The position numbers were made by a program, and so were the translations under genes. DNA of 64,000 nucleotides from Eledone cirrhosa. Taxonomy: Eukaryota. The notes below the pieces were generated by a model. That model was not told the origin of the DNA, did not search any database, and saw only the letters and a program-made list of their open reading frames with translations. Where the stretch lies: positions 360,654,001-360,718,000 of the forward strand of contig OZ024743.1 in the NCBI GenBank assembly GCA_964016885.1, written 5' to 3'. Positions 1 through 13,246 of the stretch are shown here, piece after piece. Each line of letters starts with the position of its first letter. Position 1 is the stretch's first letter.

Positions 1-14
1 GAGACTCAGAGAAC

Positions 15-50
<36 letters not shown>

Positions 51-51
<1 letters not shown>

Positions 52-2981
52 TTTTCTTTATTAACCACAAGGGTTTACACAAAGTAGTCATTAAGGAATG
101 TACAGGACAATACAGGACGGTACAAATGGGCAATTCTGCGTGTAAAAAAATCAATAACAGGATGTAACAAAACATAACAATGAAAAATTCCCCAATAGAG
201 GGGAGACTTCCGAGGGAGATTTGTGGAGAAAGCCAATTAAAAGACCACAGTGACGCTGACCACCAGGGCATGTACCCTCTCCCAGTTTTCCACCTTTAAT
301 TTACAGACACATACTCAGAGTAGGCCCATTCACTCGGGCCATACTTGCTTCTCTCATCCATCTTTCAACAAAATGCTGGGAAGAGAGCACTTCCCTCTCT
401 ACCCTGATTTTCCTTTTCAAATGAATTTTGAAAAAGTTAATCAGGGCATCACCGAAGAGGTAAGTGTTCGTCTTCAGCCCTTTCAAACGTGTCCACCATA
501 CTATCTCTTTCGCCATGGCCACCAGACAGATAAAAACTTCCTGCCCTTCCCGGCTAAAGGAAGAGGGCGGGGCAATCCTCACGATGGACTTAGCTGATAG
601 CTGGATCCGCCCTACACGTGACAGCAGGCGTTTGACATAAACCCACAAGTCGGGCAATGCTCGGACACTGGACGAGTGCGTGCAGGACGGTTTCGTCGCC
701 CTGCGCGCATCTCGGACATGCCCGGCTAACGGCACCTCCATGCCTGTAGAGTTTATCCCGAACTGTCAAAGCTCATCGGTAGCACTGCCAGGCCAGGGAT
801 TTCTGGAAATTGTCCATAGGTCCCGGCCCGAAAGACCTACCGAAGAGACTGGCTAGTTGATTTTCGTCGACGCCTAGAGTTTCTCCAAGTACGTCGTCGC
901 TCTTCCCCTCTACTAATCCTCTATAGAACGCCAAGGTGGAGTTTCCACCGATCACATTGCCCGATTGGTCGAGGGCTGTGAGCACCTGAACACATTCTAG
1001 TCTCCAAGCGCTCCCTCTCGGTCTTCGCTTGACCCAGGGCTGCAGCTTCGTCAAGTAGACGAGTTGGGGAAAGACGTGTCTAGCAAACAGCGACCACACC
1101 TGATCACCGTCGAGGAAGAGGTGGAGACGTCGTAGCCTGAGCGCGTGTCTGCACAACATCTTCCACGGCATGCCCAGCCCTCCACGTAGCGGGTGTTGAC
1201 AGCAGATGGACCGCCTGACCATCGGAGCGCGTCCCTTCCACAAAAAGTGAAAGAGCAAACGCTCCAGCGCAGTCAGGCGGGGCTTAGGACAAGGTACGAC
1301 GGTCAGGCGGTAGTAGATGACGGACGCGATGTATGCGTTAGCCACCTCCACTCGACCTTTCAGGGATAGCTTCCTATCCGCCCATTTCTAGGTGAGAGAA
1401 GCCACCCTGCTCATCACCTCATCCCAGTTTTTGTCCGTCTGGAGGTCCGGACCGAATCAGACCCCTAGCAATTTAACCGGTCCGTCCGTCCAGCGCCCGA
1501 CGACGCTGTTGGACGGCATGGACCTGCCTCTTCACGTGCCGAGGTGCAGGCAAACTGACTTTTCTTGGTTGATCATTGCTCCTGTCACCGCTTCGTATTC
1601 TTTTAGTGTAGTGCCGATCGCATCGATGTGTTTGGCGTACGACACGACTATGGTGACATCGTCCGCATATGCTGACACGGATCTTCCGCATCCTAGTTCG
1701 CGCAGGACCCTCCTCAACGTCCCCAGTTTGTGCAGTAATGGCTCGAGAGTCAATACGTACAAGAGGGATGAGAGGGGACATCCTCGGCGGACCGAGCGGA
1801 TGATGTTGAACGGTTCCGAAAGGTGACCGTTCACTCTCACCACAGAGCAGATATCGCTGTGCATGGTAGCGATCCAGCCTCTGAAGATGGGCCCAAAGCC
1901 AGCCGCCCATAGGACTGCTGCTAGGTAACGATGGTCAACCCTATCGAAAGCTTTCGACTGATCTAAATTGATCAAGGACCCACCTGTGCCAGGTTCCCTA
2001 GCTACATTCTCTACGATGTATCGCATGAGGTGGTGGTTGTCGTGGATGGATCTGTCGGGAATGGCGCACGTTTGCCTCTCTCCCACAAGACCGACGACAA
2101 GCGCCAACCTCTTCGCTAGCACCTTGGCCAAAATCTTGAACTCTTTGTTTAGCAGAATTATGGGCCTGAAATTATGTAATCACCCTTGTTCGTGTCCTTT
2201 CTCATCAGCGCCACAGCTCCTCGGCTCACAGAGCTGGGAATTCTCACGTTCTGTTTCCATTTGCAGTAGACGTCCTCTAAGAGGCCTTCGAACAAGTCAG
2301 GCATCTGTACGTCAAGTTCATAGGGCAGACCATCCAAACCAGGAAATTTACCCCTTGTGCAGCCAGTCATTGCCTCCCGTACTTCAGCGGCTGTTATCGG
2401 CTTTTAGCAACACTCAGTCTCAGTGGCTGAGGGCCGCGGCAGTCCGTCGAGGTAGACACTAAAGTCCATCCCTCGATCCGGCCCGCTGTTACCCCCGAAC
2501 AGCTGGGCGAAGTGTCGCTGGAAAGCTTCACACATTTGCCCGGGATCGAGTAGCATGCGCCCGTCGTGGTCCACCAAAGACCGGATCGTGGCTTTGTTGC
2601 CAGGACGCGCCTCCGCCACTCGGGCCCATTGAACTGCTTTCGTCCTCTCGTGCCTGAGAGCACGAACCCTAGCTCTGACAACGCAGCCTTCGTGCTTTGC
2701 ATTGAAGAATTGGTCAAGGGCCAATTTTGCCGCAAATACGTCGGTCGCGATCCCTTTGCTAAGCGCCTCGTCTAATTTTCTAACTAGTTCTCCCTCTGCT
2801 CTATTTTTCTCTATTTTACTAAACCTAATGTACTCTATTTTAATCGCTCTTTTCAGAGCAAACCACCACTTGTTGTTGACGATGGCCCCCGTTAACGCCC
2901 ACATAAATGGCAATTTTGAACAACTGAATATAACAAACCTTTGCGGAGCTCGCATTAATTCGATTTACTACGTAGGGCGCC
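51..2981 (-). mobile_element. 5'-truncated, frameshifted Tx1/L1-clade non-LTR retrotransposon (RT and C-terminal Cys-rich region)
   Basis: Minus-strand ORF fragments with PGLDGLP, LDQSKAFDRVDH, SVRRGCPLSSLLY, SAYADDVT and GGLGMP motifs; both ends abut (AAT)n. Confidence 0.9.

Positions 2982-3056
<75 letters not shown>
2982..3056. repeat. (AAT)n microsatellite between two Tx1-like copies
   Basis: Directly visible. Confidence 0.95.
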
Positions 3057-3057
<1 letters not shown>

Positions 3058-4111
3058 CTTTCTTTATTAACCACAAGGGTTTACATAAAGTAGACATTAA
3101 GGACAGTACAGGACAATACAGGACAGTACAAATGGGCATTTCTGCGTGTAAAAAAATCAAAAATAGGATGTAACACAAAATACAATGAAAAATTCCCCAA
3201 TAGGAGGGATACTTCCGAGGGACATTTGTGTAGAAAGCCCATTAAAAGGCCACAGTGACCCTGACGACCAGGGAAAGTGCCCTCTCCCAGTTTTCCACCT
3301 TTAATTTACAGACACATACTCAGAGTAAGCCCATTCACTCGGGCAAATCTTGCTTCTCTCAGCCATCTTTCAACAAAATGAGAGCACTTCCTTCTCTACC
3401 CTGATTTTCCTTTTCAAATGAAATTTGAAAAAGTCAATCAGGGCATCACCGAAGAGGTACGTTCTCGTCTTCAGCCCTTTCAAACATGTCCACCATACTA
3501 TCTCTTTCTCCATGTCCACCAGACATATTAAAACTGCCAGCCCTTCCCGGCTAAAGGAGGAGGGCGGGGCAATCCTCACGATGGACTCAGTTGAGAGCCG
3601 GATTCGTCCTACACGCGACAGCAGGTGTTCGACGTAAACACACAAGTCAGCAATGCTCGGACACTGGACGAGTGCATCCAGGACGGTTTAGTCGCCCTGC
3701 GCGCATCTCGGACATGCCCGGCTGACGGCACCTCCATGCCTGTAGAGTTTATCCCGAACTGGCAAGGCTCCTCGGTAGCACGGCCAAGCCAGGGATTTCT
3801 GGAAGTTATTCATAGGCCCCGGCCCGAAAGTTCTTCCGAAGAGATTAGCTAGTTGATTTTCGTCGAGGCCTAGAGTTTCCCCTAGTACGTCGTTGCCCTT
3901 CCCCTCCACTAATCCTCTATTGTCGTACCCTGAGCGCGTGTCTGTGCATCATCAGCCACGGCATGCCCAGCCCTCCACGTAGCCGGTGTTGACAGCAGAT
4001 GGATCGCCTGACCATCGGAGCGCGTCCCTCCACAAAATGCGAAAGCGCAGTGAGGCGGGGCTTCGGACAAGGTACGACGGTCAGGCGGTAGTAGATGACG
4101 GACGCGATGTA
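3057..4111 (-). mobile_element. Second, shorter and internally deleted copy of the same Tx1-like element
   Basis: Colinear with 51-1333, with a deletion near 3920; same 3' end against (AAT)n. Confidence 0.9.
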
Positions 4112-4316
4112 TAATAATAATAATAATAATTGTTTCTACTTTTGGCACAAGGCCAGTAATTATCACAGTGCATTACTGGTACTTTATTTTACCGACCCCG
4201 TAAGTATGAAAGGCAAAGTTACCCTCAGCGGAATTCGAACTCAGATCATAAAGGGCCGCAACTCTTTGCTGCAAAGCATGGCGTCCGACCCTCTACCGAT
4301 ACTGCCAATCCACCTA
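4112..4316 (-). mobile_element. tRNA-derived SINE with (ATT)n tail
   Basis: Minus strand shows A-box-like TGGCAGTATCGG, B-box GTTCGAATTCC and the conserved GGGGTCG-TAAAATAAAGTACCAG core; many copies in the window. Confidence 0.85.
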
Positions 4317-4359
4317 ATGATATTTTTAAAGGATTGACGTAACTTTTCACAAAGGTAAA

Positions 4360-6629
4360 TAGACAATACGAAGAGCGCAATACGATGGCAACAGATTGGT
4401 TGAACGATATTTCGACAGCTTGTCTGTCTTTGTCGAGTTCAAAATGAAAAGTGATAATAATTCAACATTATAGAAATTCAAATCGAAAATATGAACGAGG
4501 CCAACCTGCGTCTGCACGAGGAAAATAAGAGAAGAAAAGAAAAGAGAAAAGAAAAAAAGAAGAGTATTTAATCAAACAGGTGTTATATCCCCAATTGCAG
4601 AGAGGAACTTGACAAAATAATTCTGGAAATGGAGGAAAACAATTTCATTAATAAGGCCGGATCCAGGATTTTACGGTCAGAAACAAGAACTATGTATTTT
4701 ATGGTCTCACCAAAATACAAAAGAAGTTTGAAAGATTTCCTCCAATGCACCCAATTTGCAGCGGATATCAATATTGTACAGCCCAAATCTCGGAGTGGCT
4801 GGATCTTTTTTTTATTACACCTGTCGCAAAAATATCAAGTTCCTATATTCGGAATACTTTTGATTTTGTGTCTAAAATCAACAACTTTTTAATACTGTAG
4901 CCATGTCGAAAACTGTTTTTTTGGTAACCATGGATGTTTCTTCCTTATATTCCAATATTGACCACGATAAAAGGGTAGAGGCATGTGTGAATGCCTTCGA
5001 AAAACAGTCAAACAAAAGTATTCCATCTAATTTTCTCTGCAGGCTATTGAGGTTCGTGTTACAAAGTAACATAATGAGGTTTGGACAAATATTTTACCAC
5101 CAGACGAGGGGTTGCACCATGGGCACCCCCATGGCAGTTCATTTCGCTATGTTCTCATGACGAATCTCGAGACACAGTTACTGAAGTCATTCACATCCCT
5201 ACATGGTCATGAACCAATACTCTGGTTACGGTTCACTGATGACATATTTTTGTCTGGGAAGGATCACAGGATAATTTAATTAGCTTCTTGCATTTCCCTG
5301 ACTGTTACCTATGGCTCTAAGTCCAATATAAAATTTACGTCTAGTTTTTCAAAACACTAGCCTTGAATTCTTGGAGTCAAAAGATAAGTTTTATGGGGGC
5401 AGAATAGTGACAGAGTTATTTTGCAAGTCACGTCATCCCACATTTACCTTCACCGCCGTTCTGATCATCTACATCATATAATTCGGTCAAATTCGAAATC
5501 CCAATTCTTCAGGATTTGTACTAACATAGGGGATTACTGGAAACATGCAAATGCTTTTGTACACTATTATACCAAATAAATTACAATGTATCACGATTAA
5601 ATGAAATTGCAAACGACATAGCTAAGATTAACAAAGAAAGTCAAACCTTTACAATATGTTACAGGATTTCTTCAGTGATTAACTGGCACAGACATTTCGC
5701 TGGCATTTCAAAAGTGTTACATGAAAGATACCAGCATGCTGCAGGAAAATATCCTCGTTTCAAACAAATATTTCTCCAACTGCCTATTGTAGACAGAATA
5801 AAATATAAGAGAACTATTAACCTCTACTTCTGACTCCAAGAAAACTAGCATTGGAGTTTCTAAATGCTGTACCTTGAAAAACAGCTACAAGAGAGGTCCA
5901 TTGTGAACAGCATGAGACAGGTGAATTCCATCAGGAATCATAAAAGAAATGTTATGATTTACACGGAAGGTGGGCGTGTAAAGATTCCTATTTGGTGTAC
6001 GCAGCAGAATGCAAGAAACACAACTTGATTTATGCTGGTTGTACATTAGAGCAATTAAACAAAAGATTCAATGGGCACAGATATGACGTTAGGCACAATA
6101 AGAGTAGTTCGACAGAACTTGCCGAACATTTTACATCAAACGGTTGCAATTTTGAAAAACACTTGAAAGTGCATATTCTCAGAAAATATTCTGAATCTGC
6201 TACACTTTCGGTGCTCAAAATGCATGAGGAGAGATATGTTTGCGGGTTATTAACATCACGCCCTGGAGGAATGAACAAAATGACAAGAGAATTTCATCAT
6301 ATTTACACAAAATTGTTTGATTAAATATTCTTCTTTTCCTTTGCTTTTTTTCTTTTCTTCTCTTTATTCCCTCGTGGTGCGCAGGTTGACCTCGTTCATA
6401 TTTCGGATTTTGATTAAATACTCTTCCTTTTTGTTTTCTTTTTTCTTTTCTTCTCTTTTTTTTCTTCGTGGGAGCACAGGTTGGCCTCGTTCATATTTGT
6501 ATTTGAATTTCTAAAATTTTGAATTTTTATCACTTTTCATTTTGAATTCGTAAAGACAGACTAGCTGTCAAAATATCGTTCAACCAATAAAATACCTGTT
6601 GCAATAGCATCGCGCTCTTCGTATTGTCT
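4360..6629 (+). mobile_element. Degenerate 5'-truncated Penelope-like element (RT + C-terminal GIY-YIG) with inverted 5' pseudo-LTR
   Basis: VTMDVSSLYSNIDH, GCTMGTPMA, WLRFTDDIF and VYAAECKKHNLIYAGCT..RFNGH motifs; 4360-4576 is the reverse complement of about 6409-6629. Confidence 0.88.
4400..4442 (-). ncRNA. Non-canonical hammerhead-like motif in PLE pseudo-LTR
   Basis: ttgaac-UCGACAAA-GACAG acaag CUGUC-GAAA-UA-UC-gttcaa: 6-bp stem I, 5-bp stem II, variant core. Confidence 0.45.
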
Positions 6630-6644
6630 TATAATAATATTAAT

Positions 6645-6835
6645 AATTGTTTCTGCTGTAGGCACAAGGCCAGCAATTTTGGGAGAGGTGAAATTCGATT
6701 AAATCGACCTCAGTTCGTGACTGCTACTATATTTTATCGACCCCGTAAGGATGAAAGACAAAACTAAACCCTTGGCGGTATTTGAACTCAGAACTTCCAG
6801 GCTGCTTGCTCATAAGTGATGATGTAATTACTGTC
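6645..6835 (-). mobile_element. Diverged SINE copy
   Basis: ggcacaaggccag, ttttatcgaccccgtaaggatgaaag and tttgaactcaga shared with the other SINE copies. Confidence 0.7.
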
Positions 6836-6849
6836 GCAGTGATCTTGAA

Positions 6850-7735
6850 GAAATAGTTTCAGACAAGCTGAATACATTTTATACAGTAGGTTCTGGCATG
6901 AAATTGGTCGATAGGTTTGTGTGAAGTGTGTGTCTTTGTTCTAGGGGGCTAATACTGTTCGTGATAATGTCAACCACCCTTGTATATGTGCATCTCCCAT
7001 AAGAGCTTGCTGGTTGATAAAATGTCAGGTGTTTGGGCCTGTAGCCGAGTCTTGGAGTTCCTAGTCTTGGAGTTTTCCAGGGTATTATAATTTATTCCGT
7101 AATTTTTTATTGTAATGTAGGGACAGTAGTTCTTTCGGATTTCTTTTAGCCACACTGCATCGTGCTTGAAATCCTTCTTTTCACCCCAAATTTTTCTCTA
7201 GAGGGAATCTATGCTGTTTCTGGGATCGGGCCTCAGTTACAATTATTACTTTCCCCTTCATATCTCTGTAGACTGACATATGGTTTCGTCTGAAATAATA
7301 ATTATTTTCCTTTCTGCCACCATTTTATGGTATCAACTTTTCTCGCTGACAACTCACAATTCTTATTTCAGAATGATCAGCTTATATTGAAAAGTTGTGT
7401 CTTCAAACATCTTTTCTATTCCATTTTTCACTCCTTTTTGGTGAGGATTGTATTTTTTTTTTTGGTATTTGTTTCTATGTAAGGAATATTGGCACATATC
7501 CAATAGTTTTCCGTAGATCAGCAATCTTTCATTCGATTTTAGTAATATATGATGGTGTTTTGTTCTTGTTAACATCTCTGTTATCACAAAGATATTGTTT
7601 CACTGTCGTTGTCAGGGCATATAAAGAGACGTTGATTTGCCAAAATGTAGAGGTTATAATTCGTCGTAAATATTCACCCCAAATTTTATCAATAGCACAC
7701 AGGATTTCATACGTGGTTTCATTTTGTTTACGTAT
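6850..7735 (-). mobile_element. R4/Dong-clade non-LTR fragment (pre-RT region)
   Basis: Parallels 9630-10128 (WLKEIR, PISCQNL-like); WQINVSLYA motif. Confidence 0.7.
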
Positions 7736-7746
7736 GTATGCATGTT

Positions 7747-10128
7747 CTTCTGGTTTTATAATTTCACAAATGTTTACCAATAGGGTGAGAGTCGGTTTCT
7801 AACATAGACACACGACTCTCTCAATGGAATTTACACAACATCAACTAGGTAGATTGTGTATGCATGTCTGCATGTGTTGATATGGATGTTATTGTATGTG
7901 TGGATGTGTATGTTTTGAGTTGTATGTGTGCATGTGTATATGATTTGTATCTGTACATGCGTATATGCAGTTATTACATGCAAACGTTTTGGAATGTTTT
8001 ACATATTTTTACTGGTCCATTAATGGATTGTACCTGTAATTTCCTAACTGGTTGTGTTCTTTCTGTTCCTGTGAAGCCTAGCTTCTCAAGAGTTGTATTG
8101 AGGAGGTTACTAACATAGCCCAGTGCCCCAATAATCACAGGCATAAATCTGAAGGTGTAATCAGGGTGGAGTATCTGCAGATTTCTCAACAGTTCTGCAT
8201 AAATATTCTCCTTTTCGCTAATCTTTGATATTATATTGGGATCTGCTGGGCACCTAATTTCCACTACTGTCCATGCTTTCTTCTCCCTGTCCCATATCAT
8301 AATATCTGGTCTGTTATGCCTGCATTTTAATGGGGCTTTTACTGGAACATTCCACCAGTACTCTTTCATATTATGTACATGGATGTCTTCCACATTGCTG
8401 TAGCTTTTAATGTGTTTATTATCGGGCTATCTTTTATACAAACTGCATTGTACAGTGTTTTGGCCACTACATCTTGCCTCATAGGGAGATGGTACCGTGA
8501 TGACATCTTTGGACAGCTGCTGATGACATGGGTGATATCCTCGATGTTAGTTCTGCAGAGTATGCACTTGTTATCACATCTATGTGTTTTGCCTGCATCC
8601 CTATCTCTTTTGTGAATCAGTTATTTCGTGTTGATTTCCTGTTCTTGGATTGCAAAAGCGTATTCTTCAAAGTGGGAGCCAATATAGCGGTTGTTGGTCC
8701 AAGATAGACTACTTTCCTTATATATATTACTCTCACTCTGGAGCTTCCTGGCAATATATCCATGCATGATTTTTTGGTGATAACCATGCAGTTTTTCATC
8801 CATGGATTCACTGCGATACTGCTGAGCGACTTCCCTGGGTGTGAGATTTTGATTATCACACAGGGAATATCTCTCGAGGAGTTCCTTCCCAACTCTCATG
8901 ATCTTATCTGTTTCATGCAGATAGACTTGCTCAAGAAACGGGATCCTACGCTTCGAGGTTCGTAGATGTTGTCGGAGTGAAATGATGCGACATTCAAATG
9001 TTGTCTGGACTGATGCTAGGCCTCTGCCTCCCTGCTTATGTTTCAAGTAAAGGCGGTCTATCTCACTGTTGATGTGGAAGTTTCCGTTGTTGTTTAGTAT
9101 TTTTCGAGTTCCAACATCAGCTGCTCTGATTTCGTCTATCGTCCAATTGAGTATTCCAAACGTGAGCCAATGATGTATCCCTCACATTTCTTGAGCAGAA
9201 AGGACAAGGGGTTTAATGACAAGATGAATAATATCACAGAGAGACTGTCTCCCTGAAATATACCCCTGCAATATTTTATTTTATCAGTGAAAATAGAGTC
9301 CTCCCTCTCTGTCTTTTACCTTAGGATAGTAGCCCAAGAAGAAGACAGCCTTTCTATGGCTCTGACAATAATGTCTGGGACTTTAGCAATTTGGAGGGCC
9401 AAATTGCTAAATCATCCAAGCGTGGGGAACAGAATCGACAGCTTTCCTGTAGTCTACACAGACTGTAGCCATATTCCTCCTGAGTTGTCGCACCTCCGAC
9501 ATCGCAGTTTTGTTGATGAGGAGTTGTTCAGCACATGCCCAAACCCCTTTCTTTCCAACTGCTTGTTCATCTATGATGATGTTATTATTTTCACAGTGAT
9601 CTTGGAGGAATAGGTTAAGGCAGGTTGTATACATTTTATACACCAGGTTCTGGCATGCCATGGGTCGGTAGTTTTTTGCTAAGTGGGTGTCTTTGTTCTT
9701 GGAGACCAGTAATGTTTGTGCTAATGTCAACCATTCTGGTATAAGTGTATCTCCCTTAAGAACTTGTTGGTAGAGGTCAGTAAGATACCTCCGATAGAAC
9801 ACTAGTTTTTTGTACCAGTAGCCAACAACCATGTCTCTTCCTAGTGTTTTCTTATCTTGGAGTTTTCCTATCACAGTCTCAAGGGTACCCTCACTTATTT
9901 CGTATGTTTTTTGTTGTAGTGTAGGAGCAATAGTTCGTTCGGATTTCTCTTAGCCACACTGCATCTTGGTTGAAATTCTTCTTTTCACCCCATATTTTGC
10001 TCCAAAAGGAATATATGTCTTTCTGGGATGGGGCTCAGTGACTTTTATTATTTTGTTATTCATATCTATATAGACTGATGTTTGGTTTTGTCTGAATCTT
10101 TTATTAAGCCCTTTTCTTTCATCTACCT
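7747..10128 (-). mobile_element. R4/Dong-clade non-LTR retrotransposon relic (RT + CCHC + restriction-like endonuclease), internally deleted
   Basis: KNYRPMACQNL, DYRKAVDSVPHAW, GGRGL, AIQEQEINTK, HNRPDIMIWD..VVEI.CP and PVIIGALG motifs. Confidence 0.88.
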
Positions 10129-10196
10129 TATTCAGGTAGCGGCGTTTTTCGCTTTATGTATGTGTGTGTGTATGTACGTATGTGTGTATGTATGTA

Positions 10197-10310
10197 TATT
10201 TTATCGACCCCGTAAGGATTAAAGGCAAAGCTAACCTCTCGGTGGTATTTGAAGTCAGAACGTCCAGGCTGCTTGCTCATCTGTGGTGATGTTATTACTG
10301 TCGCAACACC
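10197..10310 (-). mobile_element. Partial SINE
   Basis: ttttatcgaccccgtaaggattaaaggcaaag core. Confidence 0.65.
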
Positions 10311-10329
10311 ACTCAAAAGAGAAATGGCG

Positions 10330-10578
10330 AAACAACGTGCGTGGTATGCAACAAAGTGTGTAGAACTAGTTCCGGACTAAAAGAACACATAATGGTACAT
10401 AAAGATTGTGTTCCACAGGATGACACCGGTGGTCCTGTGGAAAGTACAACTCTCTTCTGTCACCTGTATCGTATACCATGCAGCATCATCTACAAAGTGA
10501 TGGACGCATATGGGTTGATAACGAAGAATCAATAAGCGGCGGCATTCGTCTGGGAAGACACTGCAACACTCATGTATG
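10330..10578 (+). mobile_element. Fragment encoding a C2H2 zinc finger, probably a LINE 3' end
   Basis: CVVCNKVCRTSSGLKEHIMVH; frameshifted and embedded among TE relics. Confidence 0.4.
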
Positions 10579-10689
10579 TTCTTTTCTCATAATTTCGAGT
10601 ACATTTTTGACTGGCCAACTTCTTGGTGGCAAGGTTGTAACAGAAACGAAATTGTCATCATTTTAATGGCCAGAAATTTTGCAAATCTG

Positions 10690-11570
10690 GAAGGTGCTAG
10701 CTATCGAAGTCCATTTGTATTCAATGAATTACGGAACTGCGATCTTTGTCCACAAATCCAAGTTCAGTTATACATTGGTCCAAGCGGGTTGGTATATAAC
10801 CTGTAGCTCTAATAATGATGGGTATGAAGCTGGAACCTTGATCTGCAAACTCCTCATCAATGTCCTCCTTCTCTTGTATTTTTATTACAACGTTGGCATC
10901 AAGTTTGCAGCTGATCTCTACAACAGAGCACGTTTTCAATGTGTGGTTCCAAACAACAATATCAAGCCGGTTGTGCTTTAATTTGGTGGCAGTTTTTATT
11001 TTCAGGTTCTACCAGTATCCTTTAGTGCCATCTACCTCAATATATTCCTCCTCATTTGTTTTTAATTTTGTTTTCCTAATTGCGCCCCAGACGGTTCTCT
11101 CTATCACATCGTGTCTCATAGTGTAGCCAGACGAAATTATTTTACAATGTAGCTAACATCTTCGATCTTTGTTTTACAAAGCCTACTTTTATTGTCGCTT
11201 GATGGCCCTCCTCTTTTGTGTAGCAAGTATTTGGTAGGGATTTCTTGAGATATCTTTCAAAGTGGGATGTCATAAACTTGTCGGAACAGCATGCCAGATG
11301 TTTTGAATAATTTATCCCCTCTATGGTCTGTGCTTTTCGTCTCAGGTACTCATGCACAACTTTCTCTGTAAATTGATCCATTTTTTATCTTGTTCGAACA
11401 TTAAATAGTATCTTCCAATTTCCATGGAAGAGAGATTTATATCAGGCCTTATACCATATCTCTCCTACAGATTAGTGGCTGTACTAATGCTATTATTTCC
11501 ATCATGCTCATATACCTGTGCAAGATAGTTGCTGACCTTTTTCTTCTGCTGAAGATGTTACTTCAGTGTT
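10690..11570 (-). mobile_element. Second, divergent R4/Dong-like family, C-terminal endonuclease region
   Basis: RHDVI, KHNRLDIVVW, VVEISC and FIPIIIRATGYIP motifs. Confidence 0.7.
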
Positions 11571-11599
11571 ACTATGCGGGTTTCGTATGATGTTAATAT

Positions 11600-13246
11600 G
11601 GATTTTAGACCCCGAGGAAAAACTACAAACCAATCTAGCAACATTTTCATCAATAGCCAGTGTTTCACCGATATCTGACGAGAAATTCTACAGATACCTG
11701 GGGATAGATGGGAATATATCCTATAATGGTATTTGTAATAAGAAACGCGTAACCAGGGAATATTACACCTGATTAAGAAAGATATGGTCATCTGAACTCT
11801 CTGAACACAATAAAACAATGGCTCACAATGTGTTTGCTGTGCCTGTCCTAACACCAACGTTTGGAATATTCGAGTAGACGATAGACGAAATCCGATCAAT
11901 TGATTTTAAAACTCGGAAAATACTAAACAACATCGGAAACTTCCACATCAACAGTGACATTGACCGCCTCTACTTGATACGTAAGCATGGAAGCAGAGGC
12001 TTAACATCAGTCCATACAGCATGTGAATGTTGCATCATATCCTCCGACAACATTTACGAACCTCGAATCGTAAGAGTCCATCTATTGAGAACATTTATCT
12101 GCGTGAGACAGATGAGATCATGAGAGTTTGGAAGGAACTTCTTGAAAGATATTCCCTACATGATAATCAAAAACTCACGCCCAGGGAAGCTGCCCAACAG
12201 TGCCGCATTGAATCCATGGGTGAAAAACTGCATGCTTTTCAGCAAAATATCATGCATGGATATGTTGCCAGGAAGCTCCAGAATGAGAGCAATATAGATA
12301 AATGAAGTAGTCTATCTTGCACCAACAACCGCTATATTGGCCCACACTTTGAAGGATATGCTTTTGTAATCCCAAAACAGGAAATCAACACGAAATACCT
12401 GATTCACAAAAGATATAGGGGTTGCAGACAAAACACCTAGATGTGACAATAAGTGCAGATTCTGCAGAATTAACATCGAAGATGTCACCCATGTCATAAG
12501 CAGCTGTCCAAAGATGTCATCACGGTACTATCTCCCTATGAGGCATGATGTAGTGGCCAAAACACTGTAATCCGAAGAAAGCATAACACCTATAATAAAC
12601 ACAATAAATCTACAGCAATGTGGAAGACATACAGATACATAATACGAAAAAGTACTGGTGGAATGTTCCAGTAAAAGCCCCAATAAAAATGCAGACAGAA
12701 CATACCAGATATAATGATATGGGACAGGGAAAAGAAGGCATGCACAGTAGTGAAAGTCAGCTGCCCAGCAGATGCCAATATAATATCAAAGATTAGCGAA
12801 AAGGAGAATATCTATGCAGAACTAATGAGAAATCTGCAGATACTCCACCCTGACTATACCTTCAGATTTATGCCTGTGATTATTGGGGCACTGGGATATG
12901 TTAGTAACTGCCTCAATACAACTCTTGAGAGGCTGGGCTTCGCAGAAACAGAAAGAATACGACTAGGTGGGAAATTACCAGTACAATCCATTAATGGAAC
13001 AGTAAAATATGCAAAACATTCCAAAAATTCTGCCTCTAATAACTGCATATACACGTGTACAGATATAAAGCATATGCGCATGCACACATACAACTTAAAA
13101 CATCTACATCCACACATACAATAACATCCATACCTGCACACTCATGCATGCAGACATGGATACATATCTACCTAGTTGATGATGTGTATCTATGGTAGAA
13201 ACGGACTCTCTCTACCGGCAAACATTTGTGAAATTATAAAACCAGA
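11600..13246 (+). mobile_element. 5'-truncated R4/Dong element, same family as 7747-10128 but inverted
   Basis: FYRYLGI, GRGL, CRFC..HVISSC, RHD, PDIMIWD motifs; shared 3' UTR ending in aaaaccaga followed by (ACAT)n. Confidence 0.88.

Noticed and set aside
10330-10535. Host C2H2 zinc-finger gene
   Set aside because: Single intact finger, frameshifted, embedded in TE debris
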